Of a stretch of 64,000 nt of DNA, positions 59,085-64,000 are shown one piece after another. The DNA comes from the human T2T-CHM13v2.0 reference genome, Homo sapiens. Position numbers and translations under genes: made by a program. The notes beneath the pieces were generated by a model, which ran no database searches, was not told where the DNA came from, and worked only from the letters and a program-made list of their open reading frames with translations. The stretch lies in NCBI RefSeq assembly GCF_009914755.1, contig NC_060932.1. One strand, written 5' to 3'. Each line of letters begins with the position of its first letter. Positions within the stretch are counted from its first letter, which is position 1.

Positions 59085-60194
59085 TGTGAAAGGAAATTAA
59101 ATCTTGGGACCCCAAACTCATTAAGCCAAAGGTAAAAGTTAAGATGGAAACTGGGTCACACACACCTGCCTCCTGACAGAGCAGGAGCATCACCACCTTA
59201 GACAAACACTGCCATTTAAAAGTTTCCCTTGATCAAAAACTGCCTAAATCCAAAGGGCATCAGCCCCAATGGCTAAGGTCACCATGACCATAAACCACAA
59301 ATGACATCTCCGATCAGAAACATTCCAACCCTAAGATAAACCCCTCCCCAACCAGAGATATGCCAGCCCTGCGATAACTTCCCTCCAGCCAGAGAGATGT
59401 CAGCCCCAAGATAACCTCCACTCCAACAAGAGACATTCCAATCCTGCAATAAACTTCTCCTCCACACAGAAACATTCCAAGCCTGTGATAAGTTCTCTCG
59501 CCCTGAACCTTTAAATACTCTTACTCTGTAAGACAGAGCGCTCCTGATCAAAATTGGCCAGAAGTCCCTCTCAGGTTTATTCACCAAAATAAACCTGTCT
59601 TTGACTGTTGAGCTGCTTTTTGTCTTTCTTTCCTCTTTCTTTAACTCTTACACCTCCCCTTTTGGTTCCTAAATAAGATATCTACGAGATGAAAAGTTAC
59701 ACACCTTCCCCATATTTTGCCCAGAAAGAAATTCCTGGTGAGCTCCAAGATCTTTACCCTAAAATACTCCTGTTGAAATTTCACCATGGAAATGTAAGTG
59801 GATAGCTTATCTTTACAGATGCAGCCACACCCCCTGCCCACCTGACGCAAATGCATATCTGATGGTTCCCCCTGTCCCATTATCTCTATGTTATCTTACG
59901 TAAAAATACAGATACCCTGCATCTTTCCTTGGCCCCAATTGTCTATGTCATCTTATGTAAAAAAACGCAGATTCACTGAGCCAGACAAAGGCATGAGTGA
60001 CTATTTTCCCTACTCCCCTTCCAAATGAAAACTGTGTACATCTCAAAATCCTGCCCTTTCCCCTTTAAATTTGGAGCCCTCAAAATCATCTTCAGAGGGA
60101 AGCATAGACCTGGTTCCTGGCAGCACGTCCTTAACTTTGGCAAATAAACCTCCTAAAATGATTGAGACTTGTCTCGTCATTGTTCTCAATTGAC
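59085..60194 (+). mobile_element. MER4A/B-type ERV1 solo LTR
   Basis: tgtgaaaggaaattaaatcttgggacccc..aaataaacctcctaaaatgattgagac; tcgg on both flanks. Confidence 0.8.
59174..59652 (+). mobile_element. LTR47A-like solo LTR nested in MER4
   Basis: tgacagagcaggagcatc..ttaactcttaca; perfect 5-bp TSD cctcc; five internal ~37-39 bp repeats. Confidence 0.75.
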
Positions 60195-60360
60195 TCGGGA
60201 AAGACAGAAATATTCAAGAAAACATTCTTATGATGTGATTCATACTGGGAAACAATGCATGTGGAATTATATACTTTCTTAAGAAATTGAGCAATTATAA
60301 TTGTTTCAGCTTAGGCCCAAAAGTCCAAGACTTTTAGGGTATTTTTTTTTTAATGTTTGA

Positions 60361-60808
<448 letters not shown>

Positions 60809-61510
60809 TAATGTTTATTCTGGTTAGGGGGATGATGACTACAAATTCATGAAGTTTATGATATTTTGCTAAAATTGTCTCACTATGGTGCATCTGAGAA
60901 AATGTCCTACCATATTAACTAAAAAGGCTACGTTTATATGCTATTACTGATATATACTAGATAGTAGCAAAGAACTTTCAATCAAATTAAGGTTGAATTT
61001 AACACAATCTACTATTTCACGATCATGTCAAAGAAGACTTAGTTTGGACCCAGCCCTCTCACAGATTTCCTGCAGTGGCAGTTAACTAAACTAGGCAAAT
61101 AAATTACTTAATTTAATTAAATCACTACTGGGTCACTGTCACGTTCATCACAGCTAAAAGAAAATAATTCAAAATGCAAAAAGAAATTGCATTTTTAAAA
61201 ATGTGAGATGAATCCTAGCAATACAATGTTAAATGAGAGACAACAAGTCCAAACATTACACACAGCAAAATGCCTTTTAAAAAAGGTAAAAACAACAAAG
61301 AAGTACATATTTCTTAAGGAATACATACAAATGCAATAAAACCATATTAAAGGGGAAGAAAGAAATGGTGATCACAGAAATCATTTGGGAAGAAGTAGAG
61401 ATACCAGATGGTTGTGGGGGACCATATGCTTAGTTTGGGGCCTGTGTTCGTAGTGCTTATAATATTATTTTAAATAAAAATAAATAAATGTATGAATGAA
61501 TAAAAGCAGG

Positions 61511-61557
61511 GAGCCATGCATAGAAAATGAGCCATGCATAGAAAATGAGCCATGCAT
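61511..61557. repeat. 18-bp tandem repeat gagccatgcatagaaaat, 2.6 copies
   Basis: Perfect copies read directly. Confidence 0.9.
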
Positions 61558-61818
61558 TGTCTCATGTAATAATGATTACAATTTTTCCAATTCTGTGCAT
61601 TTGAGGTTCTTTAAAATCATATATGAATTTACCACCCCATTTAAATCCTGGAGGGCAGCTAGAAAGACCCAGGTTAGTCTCCTGCCTCCAATGTTGACTT
61701 CTCCATTTCACTTACATATTTCTAATACATCCTCTCAAAATTTCTTCATTTAAAAAAGACCTGGTCAAGAGGCCCGATGATGCAAATGGGATTTTCCTTC
61801 TCCATCCTCTCATTAAAC

Positions 61819-62936
61819 TGTTAGAGTAGGCAGCTAGTCAGACATAAGCAGAGCAGCAGAGGGCTCCCCCCACAACTCAGACACAGAAGGAATGTCAGGC
61901 AACCATCAGGTGATGGTCAGAAGGTTGTTAACTGTCTCTTTAAAATAATAATTGGTCACATTCAGTGCCAGGGAAAGGCAGTTTCCCAATAAACAGAAAT
62001 ACCTGAAACTGACAATCAGCAGCTTCCCAAAAAGATCTTAAAAGTTGGGTAAGTGGGCTCAAGCATGCCCATCGATGTGGTTTGGCTGTGTCCCCACCCA
62101 AACCTCATTTTGCCTTGTAGCTCCCATAATCTCCACATGTCGTGGGAGGGACCCAGTAATAGGTAATTGAATCATGGCGGTGGGTTTTCACATGCTGTTC
62201 ATGATAGTGAATAAGTCTCACGAGAACTGATGGATTTACAAAGGGCAGTTCCCCTGCACACACTCTCTTGCCTGCCACCATGTAAGAGGTGGCTTTGTTC
62301 ATCCTTCGCCTTCTGTCATGATTGTGAGGACTCTCCAGACCTACGGAACTGTGCAACAATTAAACCTCTTTTCTTTATAAATTACCCAATCTCAGGTATG
62401 TCCTTACAGCAGTGTGAGAACGGACTAATACCAACATTACGAGGCAAAATGGTGCAGTTTAACTGGTATATGACCTTCTAGGGACATTTGACTGGTAAGG
62501 GAAAAACGCCTCAAGTAAGCATGCATACAACTCCAGTCAACGCTGTGCATGCAGTCCCTCCCAAGTGCTAGCAGGCCACTGGGTATGTGAACAACCCACT
62601 CCAAGGATAAAATCAGGGGAGAAGGATTGCAAGACCATGGAAGTATGCCAATTTATAAAACCCCAAGTCAAAAGGTCAAACTGAACACTTGATCTCTCCA
62701 GTTGCCCACGTGGCCCTCTTCCAAGTGTACGTTACTTCGTTTTACTCCTGCTCTAAAGTTTTGTAATAAACTTTCACTCCTGCTCTAAAACTGGTCTCGG
62801 TCTCTCCTTCTGCCTTGTGCTGCTCAGATTCTTCCTTCTGAGAAAGCAAAAACTAGGGTTGATGCAGACCCGTGTGGATTCACTGCAGGGAACCTATTTT
62901 GGTGCCACAGGACCCACGTATGTTCCGCTCCTAACA
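61819..62936 (+). mobile_element. MER50 (ERV1) LTR
   Basis: tgttagagtaggcag..ggaatgtcaggcaaccatcaggtgatggtcag..aataaactttcactcctgctctaaaa..ctaaca. Confidence 0.82.
62073..62432 (+). mobile_element. THE1 (B/C-like) solo LTR nested in MER50
   Basis: gatgtggtttggctgtgtccccacccaaa..attaaacctcttttctttataaattaccca..gaacggactaatac. Confidence 0.9.
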
Positions 62937-63559
62937 GAATCAGGCACTCCGGCTCATGCTAGACCTGGTCCTGGACTGCTTCCCTGGGGTTTGCACCTCC
63001 TCCTTCCTGACCAAGCCCTACTTACCTTGTAAGCACTAGCACATGGGCCACCACATTCACAAATTACCTAGTCTACAATCTGTTTTCACTCTATACCCCA
63101 GAGCGTAGTATACATATTTTTATAAATGAACTTATCTACAGTAGTCTATTTCATCTTTTTAATTTAGCAAAAATCTATTGACTTCTATGAGTGAGGCAAT
63201 AAGCGAGTTTGGGGGAAAAAAGGTACAAGGCCCTCAAAGAATTTATGGTTTAGAATTATTTATATTTCTATTTCACTTTTCCTATTTGATAATAAAAGAG
63301 GCAGTATCAATACATTTCACATTTGTATGTTTCCTAGTGCTTACCACACAGAAGGTAATTAACAAATATTACTTTCAGATTTACTGATCTTATTTTCTTT
63401 AACTTCAGAGCCCACTAACCTAATAAATAACTCCCAAATTATACTACATTTTATAACTTTCCGATGATCATGTCTGAATAAATATCACAACTCCTGAGTC
63501 TCTTCTATCTTCCAAACTCTGAAAACGTTTTCTGCTAGCAGTAAGAGTTAAGAAGTTGA

Positions 63560-63983
<424 letters not shown>

Positions 63984-64000
63984 TAGCATAAACTGGGGAG

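Overview
AT-rich hominid (most likely human) genomic DNA, either intergenic or from a large intron. It is dominated by interspersed repeats, and I recognise no host protein-coding exon. The main element is a full-length ~6.07 kb L1PA2-type LINE-1 (11718-17788, +). Its ORF1 and ORF2 are inactivated by a few point lesions, but it keeps a CpG-rich 5'UTR and a complete 71-aa antisense ORF0. The rest contains about 14 Alus (one very young AluY with an A39 tail and a 17-bp TSD), older L1PA/L1PB/L1M/L2/MIR fragments, many solo LTRs (MLT1/MLT2/MST/THE1, LTR16, MER41, MER4, LTR47, MER50), DNA-transposon fossils (MER5A, MER47A, MER6, MADE1) and a 1.65-kb alternating purine-pyrimidine tandem repeat. Nearly all ORFs in the track are repeat artefacts. 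Subfamily names are recognised from memory of consensus sequences, not from alignments. I cannot demonstrate a new biological system. The best testable leads are: (1) a possible L1 antisense-promoter ORF0 fusion into an in-frame downstream exon-like segment; (2) a VNTR carrying ~19 TACGTGC (HIF-type) cores; (3) a MADE1 hairpin whose arms share the same substitutions; (4) a MER41 LTR with two intact GAS sites next to an exon-like cassette; (5) several well-formed candidate exons of an unidentified transcript.
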